Shown: positions 29,952-40,875 of the stretch, piece by piece
Layout of the letters: each line of letters opens with the position of its first letter
Position numbering within the stretch: position 1 is the stretch's first letter
From: Candidatus Peregrinibacteria bacterium GW2011_GWF2_39_17
Lineage (GTDB): Bacteria > Patescibacteriota > Gracilibacteria > UBA1369 > UBA12473
Length of the DNA: 64,000 nt
Assembly (NCBI GenBank): GCA_000993615.1
Contig: LBWM01000003.1
Span: forward strand, 16,125-80,124
Direction: 5' to 3'
Program-made: the position numbers and the translations under genes
The notes under the pieces: generated by a model
What the model saw: only the letters and a program-made list of their open reading frames with translations
Told to the model about the DNA's origin: nothing
Database searches by the model: none

Positions 29952-31088
29952 ATGTTTACTTTTAAAATAAATCATACTAATGACCGGGCTAGATTAGGTC
30001 AATATTTTACTCCTCACGGAATCATTAATACGCCAGCCTTTATTCCCTGTGGCACAAAAGGAGTTGTTAAAACTCTTGAAATAAGAGATTTGCACGATTT
30101 AGGAGTAGAAATTATGCTTTCCAATACTTATCATCTTACCATTCGACCTGGAGCCGAAGCTATAAAAAAATGGGAAGGTCTTCATCGTTGGATGGGATGG
30201 GACAAGCCGCTACTAACTGACTCAGGAGGATTTCAGGTTTTTTCTCTGAATGCCACTCGTAAAATTGACGATCAGGGCGTTGAATTTAAATCTCCATTAA
30301 ATGGAACGCGCCATTATTTTACGCCAGAATCTGTAATGCAAATTCAAGAAAAATTGGGAGCTGATATTATCATGGCTTTTGACGAATGTGCAGATGGTAA
30401 TAGCGATAAAGCATACGCTAAAAAAGCAATGGAAAGAACACATAAATGGGCTAAACAATGCCAAAAAGAAAACTCAAAGCTTCAAAAATTGCGCGCTTTA
30501 AATGGACAATTCCCGCAAGCTCTTTTTCCCATTATTCAGGGAGTAATTTATGAAGATTTAAGGATTGAATCAACTAAATTTATGGCTGATCTCGATTTAC
30601 CAGGAATCGCTATAGGGGGCTTAAGCGTGGGAGAAAAAAAAGAAGATATGTATCGTGTTCTTGACATTATTTACCCACATCTACCTAATGACAAAATCCA
30701 CTATCTAATGGGCGTAGGCAGCCCCGAAGATCTTGTTGAAGGGGTGGCTCGAGGCATTGACCTTTTTGATTGTGTACTTCCGACTCGCCTCGCCCGCCAT
30801 GGTGCTTTTTGGACCGAAACTGGTCGCTATAATATTAAGAACAAAAAATTTGAACAAGAATTAATGCCTTTAGCTGAAAACTGTACTTGTTCTACCTGCA
30901 AATCTTGTTCTTGTTCTTATATTAGACACTTATTTATGGAAAAGGAAATTACGGCTTTGCGGCTTCTCTCTATTCATAATTTACATTTTTTGCTAACATT
31001 AGTGCATGAAATTAGAGTACAAATTGGCAAAGGAAATTTTGAAAATTTTCGCCAAGAATTTCATAATCAATTCTTAAATTTAAAATAA
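29952..31088 (+). CDS. tgt: tRNA-guanine transglycosylase (queuine tRNA-ribosyltransferase)
   Basis: 'TPAFIPCGTKGVVK', 'LSNTYHL', 'LTDSGGFQVFSL', 'GLSVGE' and the zinc site 'CTCSTCKSCSCSYIRHL'. Confidence 0.93.
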   Translation: MFTFKINHTNDRARLGQYFTPHGIINTPAFIPCGTKGVVKTLEIRDLHDLGVEIMLSNTYHLTIRPGAEAIKKWEGLHRWMGWDKPLLTDSGGFQVFSLNATRKIDDQGVEFKSPLNGTRHYFTPESVMQIQEKLGADIIMAFDECADGNSDKAYAKKAMERTHKWAKQCQKENSKLQKLRALNGQFPQALFPIIQGVIYEDLRIESTKFMADLDLPGIAIGGLSVGEKKEDMYRVLDIIYPHLPNDKIHYLMGVGSPEDLVEGVARGIDLFDCVLPTRLARHGAFWTETGRYNIKNKKFEQELMPLAENCTCSTCKSCSCSYIRHLFMEKEITALRLLSIHNLHFLLTLVHEIRVQIGKGNFENFRQEFHNQFLNLK

Positions 31089-31120
31089 TCATCTACAACA
31101 ACTTCTAATCTAATAATTTT

Positions 31121-31699
31121 ATGTTGGCTTACCTATCTGGGACGACAAAATTTAAACGCTTAAATCATGTAGTTTTGGATGTACAGGGCGTAGGTTACAA
31201 GGTCTTTATGCCCCTTTTGCTTTTGAATAGAGCTAAACTTGATTTGCCGTTGGAACTCTATATTCATACCGTGGTACGCGAGGATGATTTAAGCCTTTAT
31301 GGATTTGAGAACGAAGAACAATTAAAGTTATTTGAATTACTGCTCAGTGTGAATGGAATCGGCCCCCGCCTTGGCCTGGATCTTTTTGCCTGGCCAATTG
31401 ATAAAATTAAAAAAGCAATTCTTAATAAGGAAGTTACTACCCTAACTCAAATTCCGGGAATAGGGAAAAAAACCGCAGAAAGAATTATCCTAGAATTAAG
31501 AGAAAAATTAGGAGCACTAGATAATAATCATTTACCAGAAAATGATTCCGGGGAAACGCTAATTAAAGAGGAAATATTGGATGCCCTATTGTCCCTTGGC
31601 TACCAGAAAAAGGATATTGAAAGAGTTTATCGTGGGATCAAAGAGCCAATACCTGAAAATTCCGAGGAAATAATTAGGTATTTTCTGAAAAATATTTAA
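31121..31699 (+). CDS. ruvA: Holliday junction DNA helicase subunit RuvA
   Basis: 'VVLDVQGVGYKVFMP', 'LYGFENEEQLKLFELLLSVNGIGPRLGL' and the HhH motif 'IPGIGKKTAERI'. Confidence 0.9.
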   Translation: MLAYLSGTTKFKRLNHVVLDVQGVGYKVFMPLLLLNRAKLDLPLELYIHTVVREDDLSLYGFENEEQLKLFELLLSVNGIGPRLGLDLFAWPIDKIKKAILNKEVTTLTQIPGIGKKTAERIILELREKLGALDNNHLPENDSGETLIKEEILDALLSLGYQKKDIERVYRGIKEPIPENSEEIIRYFLKNI

Positions 31700-32748
31700 T
31701 GTCTCAAGCTTCCCTAATCACTCATCCGCTCAATTGTGAATATCTGACTGGATTTCGAAGTTCAAAAAGCTTTTTATTAAATACACCAAATAAATCCTAT
31801 CTTTTTACTGATGCTCGTTATTTTGAGCGGGCGACTAAAATTAATTTTTCAAAAATATTAAAGAGACATTTGGAAATTAAACTCATTGATAAGCAACTAA
31901 AAGCAACTCTTACTAATTTAAGCCAAAAACACCAACTTTCGTCTTTAACTTATGAAGCAAGCCATCTAACCGTGGCACAATTTAAGCAATTTAAAAAACT
32001 TTTTAAGAAAATTAGATGGGTTGAAAATTCACTAAATACTGAAAAATTGAGGGCCATTAAAAGTACTTCGGAAATAGTCAAAATCCGTAAGTCACAAACT
32101 ATTAATGAACAAATTTTTTATTCATTAAGGGGAGCTTTAAGTAATGGCGTAAGTGAATTGGACATAGCCTTGATGATTAAACGCCTATCCTATCAATATG
32201 GAGCAGATGGAATATCCTTTGAGCCAATTATCGCTTTTGGTAATCACACTTCAATACCACACCACGAAAACACTAACAGAAAATTAAAAAGGGGAGATTT
32301 GATTTTAATTGATATGGGAATTCTTTATAAGCGTTATGCTTCGGATATGACCCGCATGCTTTTTACCAAAGCCCCAACTAAGCAACAAGAAACTATTTAT
32401 AATCTCGTATTAGAGGCTCAGGAAAAAGCCATAATAAATCTTAAGCCAAAACAAATTGCTTCTAAACTCTATAAAATTGCCAATGATCATTTTAAAATTG
32501 CTGGCCTAGCCACTAATTTTACCCATGCTCTGGGTCATGGAATCGGGCTTGAAGTGCATGAATTACCAAATCTCGCAGTCAAAGGCAAAGAGGTACTCAA
32601 GCCAGGCATGATTGTCACCTGTGAACCAGGTCTTTATTTTCCAAATAAATTTGGAATTAGAATTGAAGACATGCTCCTAATTACCAAAACTGGATCTCAA
32701 AATCTTACCAAAGTGCCGAAGCTAATAAAAGATTGCGTTCTGTCTTAA
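31699..32748 (+). CDS. M24 family Xaa-Pro aminopeptidase/dipeptidase
   Basis: 'DLILIDMG...YASDMTR', 'HGIGLEVHELP' and 'EPGLYFPNKFGIRIEDM'. The start overlaps the ruvA stop. Confidence 0.85.
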   Translation: MSQASLITHPLNCEYLTGFRSSKSFLLNTPNKSYLFTDARYFERATKINFSKILKRHLEIKLIDKQLKATLTNLSQKHQLSSLTYEASHLTVAQFKQFKKLFKKIRWVENSLNTEKLRAIKSTSEIVKIRKSQTINEQIFYSLRGALSNGVSELDIALMIKRLSYQYGADGISFEPIIAFGNHTSIPHHENTNRKLKRGDLILIDMGILYKRYASDMTRMLFTKAPTKQQETIYNLVLEAQEKAIINLKPKQIASKLYKIANDHFKIAGLATNFTHALGHGIGLEVHELPNLAVKGKEVLKPGMIVTCEPGLYFPNKFGIRIEDMLLITKTGSQNLTKVPKLIKDCVLS

Positions 32749-32784
32749 AATCTCTTAAACTTTAGTCCTCCTAATTTTCATCTT

Positions 32785-34566
32785 ATGTGTGGAATATTTG
32801 GTTATCTTGGCCCGAGAAACGATGCCGCTCACATGGCACTCCTAGGTCTAAAAAATTTAGAATATAGAGGTTATGATTCGTGGGGGGTCGCTTGTAAAAC
32901 TGATCACCATCTTGAGATTGAAAAACATATTGGGAAAATCTCCGAAGTCACTAATCTTAAAACCGAGTTAGAGCAAGCCGATACCCATCTGGCCATTGGG
33001 CACTCTCGTTGGGCAACGCACGGAGGAGTAACCGAGAATAATGCCCATCCGCATCTTAGCCAAAATGGTAAAATCGCCATTGTTCACAACGGCATTATTG
33101 AAAATTATTTAGAGCTAAGGGAAGAATTAAGCGCCAAGGGCTTTAAATTTGTTTCTGAAACTGATACCGAAACCATTGGCCACTTGATCGAATTTTACTA
33201 TCAAGGTAATTTCGAACAGGCCTTCGCTAAAGCGATTCAACGTCTACAGGGACGATATGCGGTACTGGCAATTCATAAAGATCATAACCTGATTTTAGCG
33301 GCCAGAAAAGGCTCACCACTTATTGTAGGGGTAGGCTCAACCGAAAATGAATTTTTTATCGGGTCTGATGTGCCGGCCTTTTTGCAATACACAAATCGAG
33401 TTATGTACCTAGACGATGATCAAATGGTTATTATTGGCGAAAATGGGGCCTATTTTTTAGAAATTTCAACTAAACAAGTGGTTGAAAAAAGAATCATAAC
33501 CCTAGATCTTGATTTAGAAAGTGCTGAAAAAGGTTCCTTCCCTCACTTCATGATTAAAGAAATTATGGAACAAAAAGAAACCATTCAACGAGCCATTAAC
33601 CAAGATACCAAAACTATTGAAATTCTAGCTGAAGCTATTCGCAAGGCACATGGCACTTTTTTTATAGGATGTGGGACAGCCGGGAAAGTGGCCTTAGCTG
33701 GCTCTTATCTTTTCTCTCGTATCGCTAAAAAACATGTGAATTTTACCTTTGGATCCGAATTTGCGAGTTACCAAGATTTTTTAAATGAGAAAGCATTATT
33801 GGTGTGTATTTCTCAGAGCGGAGAAACAGCCGACACCCTAGAAGCTATTGAAGTTGCAAAAAAAAAGGGAGTAACCGTGGCCTCAATTGTAAATGTGGAA
33901 AGTTCAACCATGGCCAGGACATCTGATATTGTGCTGCCGATTAAAGCCGGGCCTGAAAAAGCAGTGGCCTCAACCAAAGCCACAACCTCACAATTGGCTA
34001 TTTTAACCTTACTCGCCTACGCCACCGCAAACCGCTTAAAAGAAGGCCAATATTTACTGGTGTCCACGGCCGGAGAAATTAATGACATGCTTAATCCCCG
34101 TTACGAAGATCATATTCGCAAACTCGCAGATCAGATTAAGGAGGTGGAAAGTATGTATATTATTGGGAAGGGATTAAATTACGCCATTGCTCTTGAAGCC
34201 GCTATTAAATTGCAAGAAGTCTCTTATATTCATGCTGAGGGATTCGCGGGAGGAGAATTAAAACATGGGCCAATTGCACTTATTTCGCAGGGCACACCCT
34301 GCATTGCAATTGTAGCTAATGACGAGACCAAGGCTGATATTCTCGGCAATGCAATGGAAGTAAAAGCCCGTGGTGGTTATATTATCGGTATTTCTCCTGA
34401 TAATTCGGAAATTTTTGATTACTGGATTAAGGTACCAGATGGTGGGAATACCTCCCCGATTGTTAATATTATCCCGATTCAAATTTTGGCTTATCATTTA
34501 GCAATAGTTCGCAAGAACAATCCGGATATGCCCAGAAATTTAGCCAAAAGCGTTACGGTAAAATAA
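32785..34566 (+). CDS. glmS: Glutamine--fructose-6-phosphate aminotransferase
   Basis: N-terminal 'MCGIFGY', 'GHSRWATHG', two SIS domains ('ISQSGETADT') and the C-terminal 'PRNLAKSVTVK'. Confidence 0.95.
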   Translation: MCGIFGYLGPRNDAAHMALLGLKNLEYRGYDSWGVACKTDHHLEIEKHIGKISEVTNLKTELEQADTHLAIGHSRWATHGGVTENNAHPHLSQNGKIAIVHNGIIENYLELREELSAKGFKFVSETDTETIGHLIEFYYQGNFEQAFAKAIQRLQGRYAVLAIHKDHNLILAARKGSPLIVGVGSTENEFFIGSDVPAFLQYTNRVMYLDDDQMVIIGENGAYFLEISTKQVVEKRIITLDLDLESAEKGSFPHFMIKEIMEQKETIQRAINQDTKTIEILAEAIRKAHGTFFIGCGTAGKVALAGSYLFSRIAKKHVNFTFGSEFASYQDFLNEKALLVCISQSGETADTLEAIEVAKKKGVTVASIVNVESSTMARTSDIVLPIKAGPEKAVASTKATTSQLAILTLLAYATANRLKEGQYLLVSTAGEINDMLNPRYEDHIRKLADQIKEVESMYIIGKGLNYAIALEAAIKLQEVSYIHAEGFAGGELKHGPIALISQGTPCIAIVANDETKADILGNAMEVKARGGYIIGISPDNSEIFDYWIKVPDGGNTSPIVNIIPIQILAYHLAIVRKNNPDMPRNLAKSVTVK

Positions 34567-34578
34567 GCGCAAGGGAAT

Positions 34579-37500
34579 TTATTCCAATCCCCAACTCAGC
34601 CCAAACTTATACTCCGTAGCTGTAGTCCAACTCATTTTAGCTTCATTGAAATAAACATATCCATCACCATAGGGATCGTCATCTGATGTGCGTTTATAAC
34701 TGGCTTGTAATTCCCATACATTATTAACAAATTCATATAAATAGACCGTCATGGTTTGTTTTTGACTACCTTGACTTAATAATTTCACCTTTAACCAATC
34801 GGTATCGTATGATGTGTCAAAATCACCGTAAACCTCATTTGTACAATTATAATATACTTCAAAGGCATCAGTCATAAAATCTGAAAAATCACCACTCTCC
34901 TGTACAACTGGTTTTAGACAAGTTCCGCTATTGCTATCTTTTCCATTAACACTAACCACTACACTTTTAGTTACAAAGCCAGCGTAAGACCATAATTTTA
35001 AAGTGTAATTTTGAGTGCAAGGAGCACTGCTTGTTCCGCAAGAAGCAACAATATTATTTATGCTTTGAATAGTAGTACCAGGATAAGTCGAAAGCGTAAC
35101 ATTCCCACTCGCAACTTTTTTACTTTGATAATCGAACAATTCATAGCTAAAATTACTAAAAGAATTATAAGCTTGATAGGTGAAATTAAGACTATCCCCC
35201 TCATTAACGATAGGTTGATTAACAATAAAAAAAGCGATTTCTGTTTTACCAATCTCTAGTTTTTGCGCATCTGCACCCGCACATTTATTACTAATATTGC
35301 ACGCATCAACATGAAAAGTATAATACCCTTCTTTAGTTCCTTTTACGGTAATTCCCAAATCGTAAATCTGCCCGCTTCCATCCGAATCTTGAGTTATTAT
35401 TTTTTTGGTGAATGAGTCAGTTGAATTATTTGTATTCCAAACAAAACTTTCAACAGCACTGGTCGTATTGTATTTAAAATATTTCACAGTAAGAATAATA
35501 TAATCAATATTTGAATCATGATCAGTGATTATCGCTCCAAAAGAAACATCACTGCCAACCGTGCTACCAGCACTAGCATTACTTATACTTGGCGGATAGA
35601 TTTCAATTATGGGTGATGTAGTGTCATCCTCAACTTTAAAATTCAAAGTAACTTGAGAACTTGGCATATCCAATGAATTATAACCGATCATCACTGCTGA
35701 ATAATCACCGGCAGTTGAAAGAGTAAACGAATCAGTTGTAAAATCTTCTTGATCTTCTTTTGGCGTATTTGGATCGTGATAATAATTTTTATTATCCATT
35801 ACGGTCGCGCCTTTGAAAATTTTTATTTCACAACCAGAAGCCTTTGATTCTAAATCTTTAACCTTACATTGAAATTTAACTTTGCTGTTTACAGAAATAG
35901 TCGCTGTATCAATATCAGTAGTATTATCAATAATTTCATTATTATCAGCTTTTAGGATTGAGGCAATAACCATGGGTGAAGTGGAATCAATTCCGAAAGT
36001 ATAAATTTTTGTAGTTTCTGATCCTAACCAATCAGTAACAGTTACATCCATGGTATAAGATCCCTTCATTTTAAAATCATTGGTAGTTAGCACAAAGTCA
36101 ACACTTTGTTCAGGTTTACCGATATTTGGATAAGAAGACACGTTAAAACTTTGTTCTTTATTGACAATTTTAGAGTCAGGGTTGCCGGAATTTGCTTTGA
36201 TTTTAAACGCTATTTTTTTAATGGCGATATCATCTATAGCTTGAATATGAATAGGAACCTGCCCATTAAGCTCATAATAATTAAGATATAGATCATTACT
36301 ATTTGAATCAAAATTTTGATTATCAAGGGTGATAGAACCCAAAGATGGCTTTTTGGTATCTTTAAACGGTTCATAAGTAGTGGGATCGGATACGAACGAA
36401 ATTATTTCCCCGCAATCAGGATCCCCAGCATAATTAAAATAATAATAAGCATTTACCTTTCCAGGAGGAGCAGGGAATGAAGTTGTAGTTCCATCATAAT
36501 CTGAAATATAAAAACGAACACGACAAACGATACTTGAAAAATGAGAGTTATCATCATAACTGCTTATACAAGCAAGTGGCTTGCTCGTACTGGTAATTAA
36601 ATCAGTTGAATGATCAAGAACGTATGGCAGATCAATTACCAAACCATAAATACCATTATAATAAATGGACTTAGTCCCATCAGCGAAGACGGTGTTTGCC
36701 CCCGGATTAACAATAATTTCAGAGAAAGCCTCTCGCAAAGCAACATCACTCCCAATATTATCAATTTTTATCTCAAATTCACCGAATTCACTTCCCGCTT
36801 TATCATCAGCACTATTACCAATAAATAGAACTTGGGGAGCTTTTAAGTCCATTCCATCTAAATTACCCGTGTTTAATATTTTATCATCCGTTTCAGCCAT
36901 GGTGTCACCATAAATATCGTATACCTTGGCCTTAAGCGTTATTAGCCCATTGGCTATTTGGACTTCGTTGATAGGAACATTAGTCCAAGAGGTTGTGTAT
37001 GCAGTATAAGCATCACCAGGGAGAGTAACTTCATGTATAGGAGCTTCTTTGATCTTTGCTCCATCAACATACAAAACAATTTGATAAAGATCGTTGTCTT
37101 TTTTAACTTGATCTGAAATGTCTACCGTAGCAGTAAAAGTATTTGGATTTTCATCCCAATCTTCATTAACGTGTGTGCCATTAGAATCAAAATCGATTTT
37201 AACAAATTTAGCCTCGCTGTTCATACCACTCACTGCATCAAAAGAATCGCTGTTCACACCAACCGCATCAAAAGCGGTGCGAACAGCTTTATATTCTGGA
37301 GAATCTTCACCGTATTTCTCACGAGTATATTTAACAATTACTCCACGGGTTTTGCGATAATTATTCGCCTCAGTCATAGAAAACATACCATTCCAGGCAA
37401 TATCAGCTACTTTATTTACTCCGATTCCAGTCAATGATTGAATTAAATATTTACTGCCATTTTCAGGACAATTATTTGGATCAGAAGCACAACTTACTCC

Positions 37501-38568
37501 GCCTTCAGAAGCAAAATAAGCCCAGCGTAAAAGTGGTCCCATCCCTTGATAAATGGTTTTCCAATCTTTTAAATCTCCATTTTGATCAAAACAATCTTCA
37601 TAATAATTACAGTAACCTGTTTTTTCAGGATTTTGAGTGCTATTTTCAGGATTTTGAAGATCAATCGCTGATTTTCCTTTTGTACTGATTTCACTACCTA
37701 CTTCCCAAGGACATATTTGTCCTGAAGCGCTAATTTGTGATCCCTTGCCATTTTTCATCCAACAATCGCCAAAACTAGCTAAAAGGTCTGCATAAGCTTC
37801 TCTCAAAGTATCATCTTCATCATGCTCATTATTATAATTATTAGCAATATCAGGGTTTACATCAATGAGATAAAATTGTATTCCATGAACATATTCATGC
37901 AGAGTAATGAATGGGGAATGAGGAGAGGTATGAAATTTATCAGAATAAACATCATAATAAGTAAATTTATGATAAATATGATTAGATGATGGTGCCCCTG
38001 TTTCAGTATTATAAAAATTAGCATAATGAGTCGCAAGAGTTGAGGATTCCTCACCATTGACTTGCTCGCTAATGGGATCAGCATGAATATAGCTTGTAAT
38101 ATCGACATCATATCCTGAATTATTATCTAATCCAATATAGCCAAAAATCTTTTTAAAAAAATCCCAAGATAAGCGAAAATTATAATAAACATCAGCACCT
38201 TCTGTATTCCAATTTTGAGAACCATATATTGAGTTAGGATAAGGGACTCCTTTATAATCCTGCCCATCTCCAATAACATTGATAGAATTGCTGACACTGT
38301 ATGGGGAAGGTAAGTTAGCCGAAACAACCTCATGACCGCCATAATCTGAAGTATCTTTTAAATAATAAAAAGTTTTCTTATCGATTGTTCTTTTAGAAAT
38401 TTTAGCTGTCTGATTACCGCTATACTGGGTTTTTAAGGTACCATCGACATAAGTTGCAGAGCCGCTATTGCCAATATAAGCTGAAGCTTGAGGTGAAAAA
38501 TTTGTAATGAGCACAAGAGCTATTAGACAAAGGGAAGGAAGGTAATATTTTAAGTTAGAAAGATGCAT
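34579..38568 (-). CDS. Very large secreted metalloprotease (M4/M36 gluzincin-like catalytic domain plus many beta-sandwich repeats)
   Basis: Signal peptide. HExxH in 'TLHEYVHGIQ', then 'REAYADLLASFGD', comparable to the thermolysin 'NEAxSD' third-ligand motif. A further ~900 aa of Ig-like beta-rich sequence follows. Confidence 0.65.
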   Translation of the reverse strand: MHLSNLKYYLPSLCLIALVLITNFSPQASAYIGNSGSATYVDGTLKTQYSGNQTAKISKRTIDKKTFYYLKDTSDYGGHEVVSANLPSPYSVSNSINVIGDGQDYKGVPYPNSIYGSQNWNTEGADVYYNFRLSWDFFKKIFGYIGLDNNSGYDVDITSYIHADPISEQVNGEESSTLATHYANFYNTETGAPSSNHIYHKFTYYDVYSDKFHTSPHSPFITLHEYVHGIQFYLIDVNPDIANNYNNEHDEDDTLREAYADLLASFGDCWMKNGKGSQISASGQICPWEVGSEISTKGKSAIDLQNPENSTQNPEKTGYCNYYEDCFDQNGDLKDWKTIYQGMGPLLRWAYFASEGGVSCASDPNNCPENGSKYLIQSLTGIGVNKVADIAWNGMFSMTEANNYRKTRGVIVKYTREKYGEDSPEYKAVRTAFDAVGVNSDSFDAVSGMNSEAKFVKIDFDSNGTHVNEDWDENPNTFTATVDISDQVKKDNDLYQIVLYVDGAKIKEAPIHEVTLPGDAYTAYTTSWTNVPINEVQIANGLITLKAKVYDIYGDTMAETDDKILNTGNLDGMDLKAPQVLFIGNSADDKAGSEFGEFEIKIDNIGSDVALREAFSEIIVNPGANTVFADGTKSIYYNGIYGLVIDLPYVLDHSTDLITSTSKPLACISSYDDNSHFSSIVCRVRFYISDYDGTTTSFPAPPGKVNAYYYFNYAGDPDCGEIISFVSDPTTYEPFKDTKKPSLGSITLDNQNFDSNSNDLYLNYYELNGQVPIHIQAIDDIAIKKIAFKIKANSGNPDSKIVNKEQSFNVSSYPNIGKPEQSVDFVLTTNDFKMKGSYTMDVTVTDWLGSETTKIYTFGIDSTSPMVIASILKADNNEIIDNTTDIDTATISVNSKVKFQCKVKDLESKASGCEIKIFKGATVMDNKNYYHDPNTPKEDQEDFTTDSFTLSTAGDYSAVMIGYNSLDMPSSQVTLNFKVEDDTTSPIIEIYPPSISNASAGSTVGSDVSFGAIITDHDSNIDYIILTVKYFKYNTTSAVESFVWNTNNSTDSFTKKIITQDSDGSGQIYDLGITVKGTKEGYYTFHVDACNISNKCAGADAQKLEIGKTEIAFFIVNQPIVNEGDSLNFTYQAYNSFSNFSYELFDYQSKKVASGNVTLSTYPGTTIQSINNIVASCGTSSAPCTQNYTLKLWSYAGFVTKSVVVSVNGKDSNSGTCLKPVVQESGDFSDFMTDAFEVYYNCTNEVYGDFDTSYDTDWLKVKLLSQGSQKQTMTVYLYEFVNNVWELQASYKRTSDDDPYGDGYVYFNEAKMSWTTATEYKFGLSWGLE

Positions 38569-38808
38569 TGAAAATTATTAGGGATATTAAAATAATAAAT
38601 TTACTCGACGAAAATATTTCCAGGAAAATGGGGCAAAAACGCTATTATAGAAAGGTTTTTATATTAAATAAATTACCATCTTTGTCAATAGATAGCCTTG
38701 TCGTATTTTGTTTATTTTGACCTATTTTATCTTAAAAAGTTTCGTAAACTCCTTTCTAAAAAGGATATAAAGTGGTAAAATATATATTTAGAAAATCTAT
38801 TTTTCGCT

Positions 38809-40230
38809 ATGAAACGAAAAACAAAAATTGTGTGCACCCTAGGCCCTTCGACTGATAGCGTTACAGAGATAGAGCGTCTCCTAGAAGCAGGAATGAATGT
38901 CGCCCGCCTTAATTTTTCGCATGGATCCTACGAATACATGGAAAAAATTCTAAAAAACCTCAAGGAGGCTTGCTTAAAAACAGGAAAAAGCGTGGCAATT
39001 TTGCAAGATTTACAAGGCCCTAAAATCAGACTGGGGAAATTACCCGAAAAAGGCATTCCTGTTAAAAGAGGGGAAATCATTATCCTTAGTACAGATGGAA
39101 AATCATTTAATCCCCTAGCAGGAAAAATGATCCCGGTGCAATATCGCTCTCTGCACAAAGACGTCAAATCCAAAGATCTCATTTTGATTGATGACGGATA
39201 TATTGAGGTGCAGGTTCAAAAAATAGTCGAGCGGAAAATTTACTGTAAAGTTAAAACTTCCGGGGTTCTCAAAAGTCATAAGGGTGTAAACTGCCCCACA
39301 GCCTCAATTAAAGCCGCAAGTATAACCGCAAAGGATTTAGCTGACTTAAAATTTGGCCTTAAAAATGAAATTGATTATGTGGCTCTTTCCTTTGTTAGAA
39401 AAGCAGAAGATATTGAGAATTTAAGAAAAAAACTAATTGAAAACAATCATCAGCATGTCCAAATTATTGCCAAAATTGAACGACATGAAGCCGTAAAAAA
39501 TCTAAAAGAAATTGCCAAAGCCTCTGACGGGTTAATGGTGGCGCGCGGCGATTTAGGCATCGAAATTCCGGCGGAGCAAGTACCGATTGTCCAAAAAGAA
39601 ATCGTGCGAATTGGGCGAATATTGGGTAAACCAGTAATTATCGCCACCCAAATCTTGGAATCCATGATTCAAAACTCAAAAGCCACCCGAGCTGAAATTA
39701 GCGATGCAGCTACCGCAATTTTTGAACATGCCGATGCTTTTATGCTTTCCGGCGAAACTTCGACTGGTCGTTATCCTTTTAAAGCCGCGCAGACACTGGC
39801 CAAAGTAGCGCATGCGGTTGAAAAAGAAATCCAAAACCGTATCTACCTAACTCCTAACTATCTTTTCAATTCTTCGCTTTCCACCCAAGATGCCATCTGC
39901 TATAACGCGGTGATTTTAGCTGACAAAATAAAAGCCAGATTCATTGTGATACTGACTAAAACAGGTTACCCGGTTTGCCAAATCACGAAATATCGCCCCC
40001 ATACTCCAATCGTTGTTATTACGCCCCACGAATTAGTCAAAAGACAACTTCATCTGGTGTGGGGAATTGAGGATGTTTTGATTTCCGGAGAAAAAATCTC
40101 ATCAGAGGATGAGGCAGCGCGCTTGATTTCATCTTTACTTAAAAAGAAGAAATTAGCAAAAACTGACCAAAAAATTGTAATTGTAAATATAGGACAAAGG
40201 CATAATTTTATTACCACAGTTAAAATTTAA
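38809..40230 (+). CDS. pyk: Pyruvate kinase
   Basis: 'KIVCTLGPS', 'MNVARLNFSHG', 'DLQGPKIR', 'MVARGDLGIEIP' and 'ATQILESM'. Confidence 0.93.
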   Translation: MKRKTKIVCTLGPSTDSVTEIERLLEAGMNVARLNFSHGSYEYMEKILKNLKEACLKTGKSVAILQDLQGPKIRLGKLPEKGIPVKRGEIIILSTDGKSFNPLAGKMIPVQYRSLHKDVKSKDLILIDDGYIEVQVQKIVERKIYCKVKTSGVLKSHKGVNCPTASIKAASITAKDLADLKFGLKNEIDYVALSFVRKAEDIENLRKKLIENNHQHVQIIAKIERHEAVKNLKEIAKASDGLMVARGDLGIEIPAEQVPIVQKEIVRIGRILGKPVIIATQILESMIQNSKATRAEISDAATAIFEHADAFMLSGETSTGRYPFKAAQTLAKVAHAVEKEIQNRIYLTPNYLFNSSLSTQDAICYNAVILADKIKARFIVILTKTGYPVCQITKYRPHTPIVVITPHELVKRQLHLVWGIEDVLISGEKISSEDEAARLISSLLKKKKLAKTDQKIVIVNIGQRHNFITTVKI

Positions 40231-40310
40231 CCTCGTTTCGTCTTAATTTTTCAAAAAATATTAGACCAGATAAGATTGTAACAACCAAGTGATAATTGTA
40301 TAATCCGGAC

Positions 40311-40790
40311 ATGCGTATTTTAGGTATTGATCCTGGCACCGCTACTACAGGATTTGGGATTATTGATTTTTGTAAAAACCAATATCAATTATGTGATTTT
40401 GGTCACATTTCAACTCCAAAAACCCTTCCCTTGGCACAAAGACTGACCCAAATTACTCAGGATTTAAAAATAATCTGTCAAAAATGGGAACCGGAGGTAT
40501 GCGCGGTGGAGGAAATTTTTTTTAGCAAAAATATCAAAACTGCAATCCAAGTTGCTCAGGCTCGCGGAGTTATTTTGCATACTCTTAATGAATCAGGGTA
40601 TCCGATTTTTGAGTATAATCCGGGTCAAATCAAAGTTGCAATCACCGGTGACGGAAAAGCCCCAAAATCGCAAATTCAAGGGATGGTGCTTCGCCTGCTT
40701 AATTTAAAGGAAATTCCAAAACCTGATGATGCAGCGGATGCCTTGGCTATTGCCCTCTGCCATGCCCATACGGCAAGATTTAAATTTTAA
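40311..40790 (+). CDS. ruvC: Crossover junction endodeoxyribonuclease RuvC
   Basis: 'MRILGIDPGTATTGFGII', 'AVEEIFFSKN' and 'DAADALAIALCH'. The ATG at 40311 is preferred over the TTG at 40296, which lies inside a TATAAT-like box. Confidence 0.92.
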   Translation: MRILGIDPGTATTGFGIIDFCKNQYQLCDFGHISTPKTLPLAQRLTQITQDLKIICQKWEPEVCAVEEIFFSKNIKTAIQVAQARGVILHTLNESGYPIFEYNPGQIKVAITGDGKAPKSQIQGMVLRLLNLKEIPKPDDAADALAIALCHAHTARFKF

Positions 40791-40875
40791 ATTTCCCTTA
40801 AAAGATAAATTTCGTTTTTCCGTCATCTCTATTGTATAATTCCCTAAAAGATAAATTTAAAAAATTCCTCCCCCT

